From: Candidatus Thermosaccharophagus tengchongensis
Lineage (GTDB): Bacteria; Armatimonadota; Fervidibacteria; Fervidibacterales; Thermosaccharophagaceae
Strand: one strand, 5' to 3'
Length of the DNA stretch: 64,000 nucleotides
Assembly: GCA_032161105.1 (NCBI GenBank)
Contig: JAVHTD010000004.1
Position numbers and translations under genes: made by a program. Every line of letters begins with the position of its first letter. Position 1 is the stretch's first letter. A model generated the notes under the pieces. That model made no database searches. It saw only the letters and a program-made list of their open reading frames with translations, and was not told the origin of the DNA. Shown piece after piece: positions 38,363-47,232 of the stretch.

Positions 38363-39541
38363 ATGCGAGCCATAATACTCGGCTGCGGTAGGGTTGGCTC
38401 AACGCTCGCCTTAATGCTTGCTTCCGAAGGGCACGAAGTGTGCGTCGTTGACAAAGACCCGGATGCATTCAAGAGGCTCGGTGAAAACTTCAAAGGGCGC
38501 ACGCTTGTCGGATGGGGAATTGACGAAGATGTGCTAAGGGACGCAGGGATTGTGGGTGCAGAGGCATTCTTTGCCGTCACGAACGGCGACAATACGAACA
38601 TCATGGCGTCACAGATTGCGAAAGTGCGCTTTGGTGTCCAAAAGGTGTTTGCGAGGATTTATGACCCGTTGCGCGCCGAGGTATACCGTGAGCTCGGCAT
38701 TGAGACAATCTGCATGACAACACTCGGTGCGGGGATGCTATTTGATCGGCTGCATGACAAGCCATTCAGGAGTGTTGAGGAGTATCTCAAACTGACCCAT
38801 GAGATGCGCAGGTTATACGCTGCCGACCTGCCAACACCAGACCAAGTTGAAACACACCGATCAAGCTCGCGCGGACAAAAGCCAAGCTACATCATAATCG
38901 CCGGTGGCGGCAAGGTTGGATACTCGCTTACTAAGGCACTCCTGAGCGAGGGCTATGAAGTTTTACTCGTTGAGAAACGCCACCAGCGCTATCAGCTCCT
39001 CCATGACGAACTCGGTGATGCGGTCTACTATGGCGATGCATGTGAGATAAGGACAATGGTGCGCATAGGCATGGAGAGGGCTGATTTGGTTGTGGCTGTC
39101 ACTGGCGACGATGAGGACAACCTCGTAATATGCCAAGTGGCTAAGAATTGGTTTGGCGTCCCGAGGGTCATTGCAAGGGTGAACACGCCACGCAATGAAC
39201 AGACATTCAAGATGCTCGGCATTGATGAGACGATAAGCGCAACGACTGTGCTCTTCCAAATGATTGAGCAAGAGGTGGCGGTGGCAGACCTTGTCCCACT
39301 TGCCCTAATAAGGCAAGGTGGACTTGAGATAGTAGAGGTGAACTTGCCGGCGAACTCACCGATCATAGGAAAGGCAGTGAGGGAGCTGAATTTGCCAGCT
39401 GGCTGCTTGCTTGTGGCATTCATACGGGATTCGCAGGCTCAGGTTGTGACCGGCGATACGATATTCCAACCGGGTGACATAATTATAGCCCTTTCACCGC
39501 CGGACGCAGTTTACAACCTGAGGAACTCGCTACTCACATAA
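38363..39541 (+). CDS. TrkA/KtrA-family RCK protein with two Rossmann RCK_N domains and one RCK_C
   Basis: IILGCGRVG..VTNGDNTN and IIAGGGKVG..VTGDDEDN, then NSPIIGKAVRELNLP. Confidence 0.88.
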   Translation: MRAIILGCGRVGSTLALMLASEGHEVCVVDKDPDAFKRLGENFKGRTLVGWGIDEDVLRDAGIVGAEAFFAVTNGDNTNIMASQIAKVRFGVQKVFARIYDPLRAEVYRELGIETICMTTLGAGMLFDRLHDKPFRSVEEYLKLTHEMRRLYAADLPTPDQVETHRSSSRGQKPSYIIIAGGGKVGYSLTKALLSEGYEVLLVEKRHQRYQLLHDELGDAVYYGDACEIRTMVRIGMERADLVVAVTGDDEDNLVICQVAKNWFGVPRVIARVNTPRNEQTFKMLGIDETISATTVLFQMIEQEVAVADLVPLALIRQGGLEIVEVNLPANSPIIGKAVRELNLPAGCLLVAFIRDSQAQVVTGDTIFQPGDIIIALSPPDAVYNLRNSLLT

Positions 39542-39542
39542 G

Positions 39543-40424
39543 GTGAGAGATGTGCCAATGCGACGCCAACCCGGATGGCTAATTGGCGCCCTGCCAGTTT
39601 GCGTCTCATTTGCAGCTTTGCTATTCGCACAGTTTCATGGCGATGTTGGGATTGCATCAGCGCCCGCAAAGGCTGAAAAAGCGATCACTGCCTTCGTTCC
39701 GTGCGGAATGAGCTTGCCATTTTATGCGTTCAAGAGGGAATTTGAGGGGCAGACAAAATGCACTGTCAACCTCGTGTTTGACAACACCGTAGTTCTGCTC
39801 AGGCGCATACGAAAGGGAGAAAGACCCGATGTGCTCATCACACCCGGCGAACTTGAAATGCGCCAAATGATAAATGAGGGCTACATTGATGGAAGCACGG
39901 TGCGCACATTTGGGACATTTGACCTTGTCCTTGTCGTCCCGAGGGGCAACAGGGCGAATGTGAAGACAGTCTATGATTTGGCAAAGCCATCGGTTAAAAC
40001 CATAGGCATCGCTGATTGGGAGCTTAATTCAGCCGGCTACTACGCTAAGATTGCGCTTGAGAGAGCGGGGCTTTGGGAGAAGGTCAAAGGAAAGCTTGTC
40101 AAGCACTGGCATGCCCTGAAAGCAGCTGAGTTCGTTTGCAACGGCAGAGTGGATGTCGGCATTTACTACGCGACATGCCCATTTGAGAGCGGTCCAGAAA
40201 AGCTTGAAGAGGTTGGCGTGCAAGTTCAGCGCCGCCCATACCAAATCGTCGCACGAGTGCCAATTGACCTATACCCGCCTGTGAAGGTGCAAGCTGGAGT
40301 CCTTAAGAAGGCGCCGAACAGAAAGATGGCGTTAAGATTTATCTCACTGCTCCTTGACAGAAAGGTTCAGAAGCTGCTCGCAGAAAAGGGCATACCAAAC
40401 TATCACGCTTCTGGTAAGCGTTAA
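39543..40424 (+). CDS. ModA-like extracytoplasmic solute-binding protein (Cys variant)
   Basis: Signal peptide; AFVPCGM, PDVLI, LVLVVP.GN, IGIAD..SAGYYA..AL, VDVGIYYATC. Confidence 0.75.
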   Translation: MRDVPMRRQPGWLIGALPVCVSFAALLFAQFHGDVGIASAPAKAEKAITAFVPCGMSLPFYAFKREFEGQTKCTVNLVFDNTVVLLRRIRKGERPDVLITPGELEMRQMINEGYIDGSTVRTFGTFDLVLVVPRGNRANVKTVYDLAKPSVKTIGIADWELNSAGYYAKIALERAGLWEKVKGKLVKHWHALKAAEFVCNGRVDVGIYYATCPFESGPEKLEEVGVQVQRRPYQIVARVPIDLYPPVKVQAGVLKKAPNRKMALRFISLLLDRKVQKLLAEKGIPNYHASGKR

Positions 40425-40549
40425 GCATCCCGGCTCTTGCGGGCTGTTTCAAAAAGACATGTCTATAAGCTCATAGTTAAGCCTTCGCTGGCATATGAGC
40501 GCTCAATTAGGGCGGGAAATGCTTAACTAAGTTCACGAAACAAGGAGGT

Positions 40550-41812
40550 GTGCTGGTGATGCGCCAATCGGCGACGAGGATGCGTGCCATATCGGTAATT
40601 GCGAGCTATGTGGCAATGAGCATCGCAGTGCTGCTCTGCATTTGCATGGCTGCATCGGAGCAAAAGTGGAAGTCCGAGTTCGGCAACCCAAAGGCTAAGG
40701 TGAAGCTTGAAGCGCTTTATCCAATTGGATGGGGTGGGCACGAGTGGGTGATTGAGTATGTGAAGGAAATTGTCGGCTCGTTTCCGGGAAAGGTGTATGC
40801 TGTCATCATTGATTGGTCAACTGAACAAGGCACAAAGGAACTTGAAAAGCGCAAGCTGTCGTGCGGCGCATTCTTGATCAACGGCAAACGAATTGTGAAG
40901 GTTGATGGTGAGCAAGTTGAGTTTGTTAAGTCACCGCTTTTGGGTGGCTGGACGAAGGAACAGCTCAAAAGGGCAGTAGCTGCGGAGGTGCGTAAGGCAT
41001 ACGGGGAGGGTGAGACGAAAGCAAAGGTGGAAGAGGCTAAGAAAACGCTGGGTAAGCAAATTGTGTTGACCGCGTTTGTGCCATGCGGTGTTGCAGGTCC
41101 TTATGTGGACATAAAGCGCATGTTTGAAAAGCACAACCCAAATGTCAAGCTGAAGGACCAAATTGAGAATGTGCTTGTGCTCGCAAAGCGCATTGAAGCC
41201 GGCGAATCGCCGGACATCTACATCACTGTCGGAAGGAGTGAAGTCAGTGAGCTGATAAAAAAGCGCGGCATTAAGCCAAGCGACATAATTACGGTCGCAA
41301 AGACACGCATAGCACTCATAGTGCCTGAGGGAAACCCAAAGAGGCTAAAGTCAGTAAACGACCTTACATTGGGGGATGTGCGCACAATCGGGCTTGCGAG
41401 GGAGGAGACATCGCTCGGTCGCTGTTCACGACAGGCGTTAGAGAACTTGGGCATCTGGGAAAAGGTGAAGGGCAAGGTGGTGTATGCCAAGTTCCCGGCG
41501 GAACTCAAAGGTCGGGTGCAACAGCGCCGCGTGGATGCAGCCATAGTTTACTACCCATGCCTTTTTGAGGCGTATGAAATCGGGCAACGCCCGAAGTTCG
41601 CCGAGAAGGTGGCACTCGTATCTGTCATCCCGTCAAAGCTGCACGATGAGATACCAGTGCTTGTCATCATCATGCCCACATCCGCCAACGCGGAAGCCGC
41701 AAGGAAGTTTGCTCAGTTCATGCTCACTGATGAGGGGCAAAGGGCTTTTGAAGAATGGAAGTTTGAACCAGTCAAACCAATCACGACCGGGAAAGGCATA
41801 CAGCGCAAATAG
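40550..41812 (+). CDS. Fusion of a thioredoxin/DsbA-like domain lacking CxxC with a ModA-like binding domain (Cys variant)
   Basis: Signal peptide; GNPKAKVKL..LINGK..WTKEQL (Trx-like); then AFVPCGV, PDIYI, LIVPEGNP, SLGRCS, VDAAIVYYPC, ARKFAQFM. Confidence 0.7.
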   Translation: MLVMRQSATRMRAISVIASYVAMSIAVLLCICMAASEQKWKSEFGNPKAKVKLEALYPIGWGGHEWVIEYVKEIVGSFPGKVYAVIIDWSTEQGTKELEKRKLSCGAFLINGKRIVKVDGEQVEFVKSPLLGGWTKEQLKRAVAAEVRKAYGEGETKAKVEEAKKTLGKQIVLTAFVPCGVAGPYVDIKRMFEKHNPNVKLKDQIENVLVLAKRIEAGESPDIYITVGRSEVSELIKKRGIKPSDIITVAKTRIALIVPEGNPKRLKSVNDLTLGDVRTIGLAREETSLGRCSRQALENLGIWEKVKGKVVYAKFPAELKGRVQQRRVDAAIVYYPCLFEAYEIGQRPKFAEKVALVSVIPSKLHDEIPVLVIIMPTSANAEAARKFAQFMLTDEGQRAFEEWKFEPVKPITTGKGIQRK

Positions 41813-41948
41813 CATTTGAGAGATTGCAAACGCTGCGTCACTTCGGACAAACCAGAGGCGCACCGAGCCACAAAAACTGTGTAATGTAAACCTTACGCCA
41901 AACCACAACCTCAACGAGCAAACTCATGCCTCAAGCGGGGTGTAGCAA

Positions 41949-43154
41949 ATGCATATAACCTTGGGACAGGTCATTGATGTCTTCAAGTGTTGCATATTCA
42001 CATGGGACTTTCTCCCGGTTGTGCTTCCGGCATTCTTGCTCGCTGGCGCAATATCGGCATTTGTCCCGACAAGGCAAATACTCAGTTACCTTGGATATCG
42101 CGCCAACCCGATGAAGGCATACCTTGCAGCTTCACTTGGCGGCTTCGCCCTTTCAACATGCTCGTGCAACATTGTCCCAATAGCGCTCAGCACCTATAGG
42201 CGCGGTGCTGGAATAGGTCCCGCATTCACCTTCCTGTTTTGTGGTCCGGCTATTAACCTTGTGACATTGGCATGGGCTTTCAAAGTCATCGGGTTCAAGA
42301 TGGGGCTTTGGAGGGCGCTCTCAGTCCCGCTAATCGGAATAGCTATGGGAGTGGTGATGTATCTCCTCTTCAGGCGTGAGGAATTGGAGCGGCAAAGGAC
42401 TGCCAAGGATGACCCGCAAGAGATTGCATCATTGGCTGGTCAAGGTGGCGAAGTCCAGATGAAGCACGCAATGAGCGTCATCATTCTGCTACTTGGCATC
42501 ATGCTGCTTGGTGCTGCCGGCCTCCCATGGGCATTTCGCATACCAGTGCTCCTTGTCTTCGCAATCGCGCTCATCATGGTGCTTGAAAGATGGTTCACAG
42601 TTGAGCACATAAAGCTTTGGATAAGCGAGACATGGCTCTTCATGAGGAGCATACTGCCGGTCATAGTTCCGGCTATACTCGCAGTGGCATTTATTGCGCG
42701 CCTTATACCGATACGGTGGATAACCGAATACCTCTCCGAGAACACGGCTGCAGCTACATATATGGCTGCCGCATTTGGCTCACTGATGTATTTCCCAATC
42801 CTGACTGAGGTGGCTTTCGTAAAAGCTTTCCTGAAGCAGGGTATGGCAGTTGCGCCGGCGTTGGCAATACTTCTCAACGGACCCGGTGTTAGCCTTCCCG
42901 GGGCGATACTCATTGGCAAATTCTTCGGTTGGAAGAAAGCAGTCGTATACGAGTTGCTTGAAATGTTCCTTGGCGGGAGCGTCGGATTCCTCTTCGGCAA
43001 GATACACGGTGACTATGTTTGCCCATGCCAAGTGGGGGGTGTATCACCGCCAAATGTCTGGCTTATCATAGCTATGCTCGTGATGGTGTTTGTAGCGCTC
43101 GTCTCATCGTTCATCCTGCTCCTCAGAAAAAGCGAGAGGGTGTCATGGAGTTAA
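41949..43154 (+). CDS. DUF318/ArsP-family permease
   Basis: PAFLLAGAI, LSTCSCNIVP, GAGIGPAFTFL..GPAIN, GSLMYF..LTEV, GM..APALAILL.GPGVSLP. Confidence 0.85.
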   Translation: MHITLGQVIDVFKCCIFTWDFLPVVLPAFLLAGAISAFVPTRQILSYLGYRANPMKAYLAASLGGFALSTCSCNIVPIALSTYRRGAGIGPAFTFLFCGPAINLVTLAWAFKVIGFKMGLWRALSVPLIGIAMGVVMYLLFRREELERQRTAKDDPQEIASLAGQGGEVQMKHAMSVIILLLGIMLLGAAGLPWAFRIPVLLVFAIALIMVLERWFTVEHIKLWISETWLFMRSILPVIVPAILAVAFIARLIPIRWITEYLSENTAAATYMAAAFGSLMYFPILTEVAFVKAFLKQGMAVAPALAILLNGPGVSLPGAILIGKFFGWKKAVVYELLEMFLGGSVGFLFGKIHGDYVCPCQVGGVSPPNVWLIIAMLVMVFVALVSSFILLLRKSERVSWS

Positions 43155-43196
43155 ACAACCGAGAATATGGCGACTTAGCCGGCTTTATTCCTTTTT

Positions 43197-43217
43197 GGGG
43201 CGCATTTCATGCGCCCC
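43197..43217. repeat. REP-like palindrome
   Basis: GGGGCGCAT-TTC-ATGCGCCCC; same core as the inner stem at 19560-19579. Confidence 0.45.
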
Positions 43218-43270
43218 TGCGAGTCTGCAGAATGAACAAGCGCTCTCCGTTAAAATGGCGGTGATGAAGC

Positions 43271-43999
43271 TTGCGCATGCTGATAGTCATAAGTTTGGTG
43301 GTTACTTTGATGCTCTCCGGCACAATCATGTATGAAATTCTTGCCCACGAACCTTTTCCGAAGGTCGTTGCGTTGACTTTTGACGACGGACCGCACCCCG
43401 TTTACACGCCAAAAATTCTGGACATCCTGCAAAGGTATAATGTCAAAGCGACTTTCTTTTTGATTGGCAAGCAAGTGGAACAGTTCCCAGAAATTGCCCG
43501 GCAAATTGTTTCTGAGGGGCATGAAATTGGCAACCACACCTACTCGCACCCCAATAACTTGCCGAAAGAAAACTGGGATGAGGTCAGGTCTGAGATTGAA
43601 AAATGCTCCACCGCCATAGAGCGTGTCACAGGAATTCGCCCGAAGTTTTTCCGGCCGCCAAGAGGGTTCTTGAACTACAGGGTGCTTACACTCGCGCAGT
43701 TGGAAGGCTACACCACTGTCCTCTGGACGGTCAGCGCCGACCACAAAGATGCTCCTACACCGCAAGCAATGGCGAAGCGTGTGCTGAAACTCGTTCACCC
43801 TTGCGCCATTATCTTGATGCATGACGGTCGCGTCTCTTCCCGCTGGAAAGATGTAAAGGCGCTGCCGCTAATCATTGAAGGCTTGCGAAAGCAAGGCTAC
43901 GAGTTCGTCACTATCTCTGGGCTGTTTCAAACTTTTCGGAAAGCGAGAAATTTGGCTCCCCACAACCCCCTTGCCCTTAACGGCGGAATGCGGAGGTGA
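43271..43999 (+). CDS. Polysaccharide/peptidoglycan deacetylase (NodB homology, CE4)
   Basis: ALTFDDGP, HEIGNHTYSH, FFRPPRG, IILMHD; N-terminal TM segment. Confidence 0.92.
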   Translation: MRMLIVISLVVTLMLSGTIMYEILAHEPFPKVVALTFDDGPHPVYTPKILDILQRYNVKATFFLIGKQVEQFPEIARQIVSEGHEIGNHTYSHPNNLPKENWDEVRSEIEKCSTAIERVTGIRPKFFRPPRGFLNYRVLTLAQLEGYTTVLWTVSADHKDAPTPQAMAKRVLKLVHPCAIILMHDGRVSSRWKDVKALPLIIEGLRKQGYEFVTISGLFQTFRKARNLAPHNPLALNGGMRR

Positions 44000-44096
44000 A
44001 TGAAATCCGCCCCTCTTTCGGGCATGTTCCGTATGCCCCACTTGAGCGGCAGCCAATGATGCTGCCAATTGTGCGAGCCGCAGCAACTAAAGCGCT

Positions 44097-44375
44097 TCAA
44101 AGGTGTCCCTCAACCAACTTCTCTGCCGACTTCGCCATTAGCTCCGCTCTTAAGAGCAAATCCTCACGCCTGTCATCCCCTATGACCTTGTAGTCTTCAA
44201 CCACAAGCCTGCATGCCACTAACGCCTCATAAGCCCTCTCAAGCGCTTCTTGCAACGGTTGTGGAAGGAATACCGCTGTGACGATGTGAGCCATTCTTCT
44301 GATGCGCCTTTGCAATGATGCCCGATGACGCTTATCTCCGTGAAATCCCTTGACCTCGTCCACGAGCGCCCGCAC
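44097..44375 (-). CDS. Small helical hypothetical protein (about 92 aa)
   Basis: GTG 44375 directly after the DGC gene stop; MRALVDEVKGFHGDKRH...KLVEGHL. The longer track ORF overlaps the DGC gene and its N-terminal part is probably spurious. Confidence 0.5.
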   Translation of the reverse strand: MRALVDEVKGFHGDKRHRASLQRRIRRMAHIVTAVFLPQPLQEALERAYEALVACRLVVEDYKVIGDDRREDLLLRAELMAKSAEKLVEGHL

Positions 44376-44379
44376 TTGC

Positions 44380-44952
44380 TTAACCGCCTTCAGCGCCGCC
44401 CTCTGCTCTTTGCTTAGATGTAACTTTGGCAACCCTGCGCACCTCCGAAAGGAGCAACCTGTCAACTTCCTCAACGATCCTCTCGGCGAGCAGCTTGGAT
44501 GCCCTCTGACCGAGCTCTCCGAGGATGTAATTGCTCTCCACACCGAGGTCAATTCCGGACTCACGCAAGAACTCATCGGCGTAAATGACAGCGTTGGGCT
44601 CCTTGCCATATCGGCGGCACATCCTCGTGCCACACGCATATGAGCACGCCTCAATCGCAATGACCGGATACGAGAGCACATAGATGATGTCCTCCTCGGC
44701 GCCAACGAACAGCGCAGGCGCACACCCAAGCACCGTCACCTTCGGGCGCAATTCCTCAGCAACGATATAACAAGCCTGCCTGACAGCAGTCCCAATCGCA
44801 TCCTCCAAACCCAAACATGGCATGAGACAAACCTTCACCCCTCTATCGGCAATCGCCCTTATCAAGCAAGGGCAAGTGCGCCGCTTAACTTGACCACTCT
44901 TTCCGACCGTGTTGCCTGCATCCCTAACCCGCATCTGTCTCACTTCCCGCAA
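44380..44952 (-). CDS. DGC-domain-like putative zinc-binding protein
   Basis: LMPCLG..GTAVRQA..LGCAPAL..IAIEACSYACG pattern; paralogous to the upstream gene. Confidence 0.7.
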   Translation of the reverse strand: MREVRQMRVRDAGNTVGKSGQVKRRTCPCLIRAIADRGVKVCLMPCLGLEDAIGTAVRQACYIVAEELRPKVTVLGCAPALFVGAEEDIIYVLSYPVIAIEACSYACGTRMCRRYGKEPNAVIYADEFLRESGIDLGVESNYILGELGQRASKLLAERIVEEVDRLLLSEVRRVAKVTSKQRAEGGAEGG

Positions 44953-45404
44953 GTGGCAATAAACTCGTCAACGAGCTTGACTACCTCACTTGCAATTGCC
45001 TCAACGACTTTCATTCCCTTTTCGGAATAACGACTCCTCTGCTCACCCTTCAGCGACAAGCCATACTTGACGCATACTTCGGGGATGTAAATTCGCCCAA
45101 TGACCTTCCCTCCGATGTCACTCGGCTTGATGATGCCATCCTTAACCTTTTCGCTATACACGCCGCTTGCGCATTTTGGCTTGCACCCATCAATCAGGAT
45201 GAGCGGATATGAGTTTGCATCCCTCACAGCCTTCGGGTAGTCAACGCCGAGTGTAGCAGCTCCCCACACGATAATGTTTTGTGGGCGAAGTTGCTGTGCA
45301 CGCAATGCGCCAAGCCGGGCTGCCGTTGAAACGAGCATGCCAATGCCATTGCACGAAACCACGACAACCTTAAGGTTTGAACTTGGTTGCATCACCGCTT
45401 TCAC
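44940..45404 (-). CDS. DGC-domain putative zinc-binding protein
   Basis: VVSCNG..STAARLGA..ILIDGCKPKCAS. Confidence 0.75.
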   Translation of the reverse strand: MKAVMQPSSNLKVVVVSCNGIGMLVSTAARLGALRAQQLRPQNIIVWGAATLGVDYPKAVRDANSYPLILIDGCKPKCASGVYSEKVKDGIIKPSDIGGKVIGRIYIPEVCVKYGLSLKGEQRSRYSEKGMKVVEAIASEVVKLVDEFIATCGK

Positions 45405-45459
45405 CCCTTAATTACAGCCGCATTTTTGAGCCGCAAGTGATGATGTTCCCAAAACAGCC

Positions 45460-47232
45460 CTAATTCACGCCACAATTTTGTTCAAACCACCACCGCATCT
45501 CGCTCAGCACTTGCTTCACAATTGGCGCTGCCACTTCACCGCCATGCCCGCTCGCTTCAACGACGACAGCAAAAGCAACCCTTGGTGAATCAGCCGGCGC
45601 ATAGCCTATGATCCAAGCATGCGGCTTCTCACCGCGCCTGTGCTGCGACGAGCCAGTTTTCCCGGCAACGGTCACGGGTGAGCTCGCCAAGACCCTCGCA
45701 GTCCCACCGCTGCCATAGACAGCCCATTTCATGCCGAGCCTTATTGAGCTCAACGCCATTGAACTGACCGCCAACCTGTTGAGCACGACTGGCTCGTGGC
45801 GTTTGATGACACCCCTTGGACCATCCTCAATTGACGATAGCAAATGGGGTCTGTAAACGATGCCACCGTTTGCGATCGCTGAAGCAACGAGGCACATTTG
45901 CAATGGCGTCGCCAATAGGTAGCCTTGCCCGATGGCATAGTTCGCCGTGTCGCCATCATACCACCGCACACCATACCTCGCTTTCTTCCAAGACGGTGTC
46001 GGAACTAATCCACTCCCCTCACCCGGAAGATCAACCCCGCACTTCTTCCCAAGCCAGAATGCACGCGCATACTCGCTCAACTTTTCGGGTCCGACAAGCA
46101 ATCCCACTCGGTAAAAGTAGGCATCACAAGATTGCCCAATTGCTTTAACGAGGTCAACAGTGCCGTGCCTGCGCCAGCACTTGAAAAATCTCCTGCCGAC
46201 ACGCAAACCGCCATCGCATGTGAACCTCGTTTGAGGCGTTATAACTCCGCTTGCAAGCCCCGCAAGCGCTGTCACAATTTTGAATGTTGACCCGGGAGGG
46301 TAGCATCCGCTTATGGCTTTGTTCTGGAGTGGGTGCGACCTATCCGTTCGGAGCTTATGCCATTCGCTCGCGCTCATCCCGTTTGAGAATGAGTTTGGAG
46401 AGAAGGAGGGCGAACTGCACATTGCCAATATGCCCCCATCATGGACATCCACGACCACGATTGCACCATGGCGCCCTCCCAGTGCCCTCTCACAAGCCAT
46501 TTGCCAGTTGATGTCAATCGTCAGGCGCAATGTCTTTCCCGGCTGTGACCTTATCTCGGAGAGCTTGCGCACAAGCGCCCCAGTGGCATCCACCTCAACT
46601 AACCTGTAGCCCTTCTCCCCCTGCAAGAACTCATCGTATGCCTTCTCAACGCCGCTCTTCCCGACTTTATCACCCGGCATAAGCTCACGGCGTTCCTTCA
46701 ATCCATCCTCACTGACCTCTCCGATGTATCCGAGCACATGAGCTGCGAGCCTGTCATATGGGTAGCGCCTTATCGGGACTTCCTCAATGGTCACGCCGGG
46801 CATGGCGTAAATTCGCTCAAGCGCTTCAATCAATGTCTTTTTGTCCAAGCACCTTTTCAGTGCGATCGGCTCAAAGCCCCTATACCGGCTGTCATTGACG
46901 AGCTTAAGGATTTGCTCCTTGGGCTTGCAACTCAGCTTTGAGAGCACATCAAGCACGCCATCGGTCGCTTCAAACTCAGCTGGGATAATACAGAGGTTGT
47001 AGGAGATGATGTTAGTGGCGAGCACATTCCCACCTGAGTCAACTATGAGACCCCTTGGCGGATGAATGATGACGGAGCGCACCCAGTGATGGCGCGCACG
47101 CTCATCGTAATACGATGCCTGCAGGATTTGGAGATACCAAAGGCGCACAGAAAACACGATGAGGGTGAAGAGGAGAACAAGCCGAATAGTGCTTATGCGC
47201 CGCTGAACGGCATCACCGGGACGCCCGTTCAC
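45460..47232 (-). CDS. mrdA: Penicillin-binding protein 2 (class B)
   Basis: RLWYLQI, PPRGLIVD, R.YP..AAHVLGY, GKSGVEK, PGSTFK (SxxK), SCD, IGQG, AGKTGS. Confidence 0.92.
   Translation of the reverse strand: MNGRPGDAVQRRISTIRLVLLFTLIVFSVRLWYLQILQASYYDERARHHWVRSVIIHPPRGLIVDSGGNVLATNIISYNLCIIPAEFEATDGVLDVLSKLSCKPKEQILKLVNDSRYRGFEPIALKRCLDKKTLIEALERIYAMPGVTIEEVPIRRYPYDRLAAHVLGYIGEVSEDGLKERRELMPGDKVGKSGVEKAYDEFLQGEKGYRLVEVDATGALVRKLSEIRSQPGKTLRLTIDINWQMACERALGGRHGAIVVVDVHDGGILAMCSSPSFSPNSFSNGMSASEWHKLRTDRSHPLQNKAISGCYPPGSTFKIVTALAGLASGVITPQTRFTCDGGLRVGRRFFKCWRRHGTVDLVKAIGQSCDAYFYRVGLLVGPEKLSEYARAFWLGKKCGVDLPGEGSGLVPTPSWKKARYGVRWYDGDTANYAIGQGYLLATPLQMCLVASAIANGGIVYRPHLLSSIEDGPRGVIKRHEPVVLNRLAVSSMALSSIRLGMKWAVYGSGGTARVLASSPVTVAGKTGSSQHRRGEKPHAWIIGYAPADSPRVAFAVVVEASGHGGEVAAPIVKQVLSEMRWWFEQNCGVN

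Noticed and set aside
43996..44193. ORF downstream of the deacetylase gene
   Set aside because: Short, overlaps the convergent gene and has no recognisable motif; at most a truncated gene start.
39543..45404. Selenocysteine (in-frame TGA) in the Cys-rich binding, permease or DGC genes
   Set aside because: All these ORFs are complete with ordinary Cys codons; no read-through is needed.
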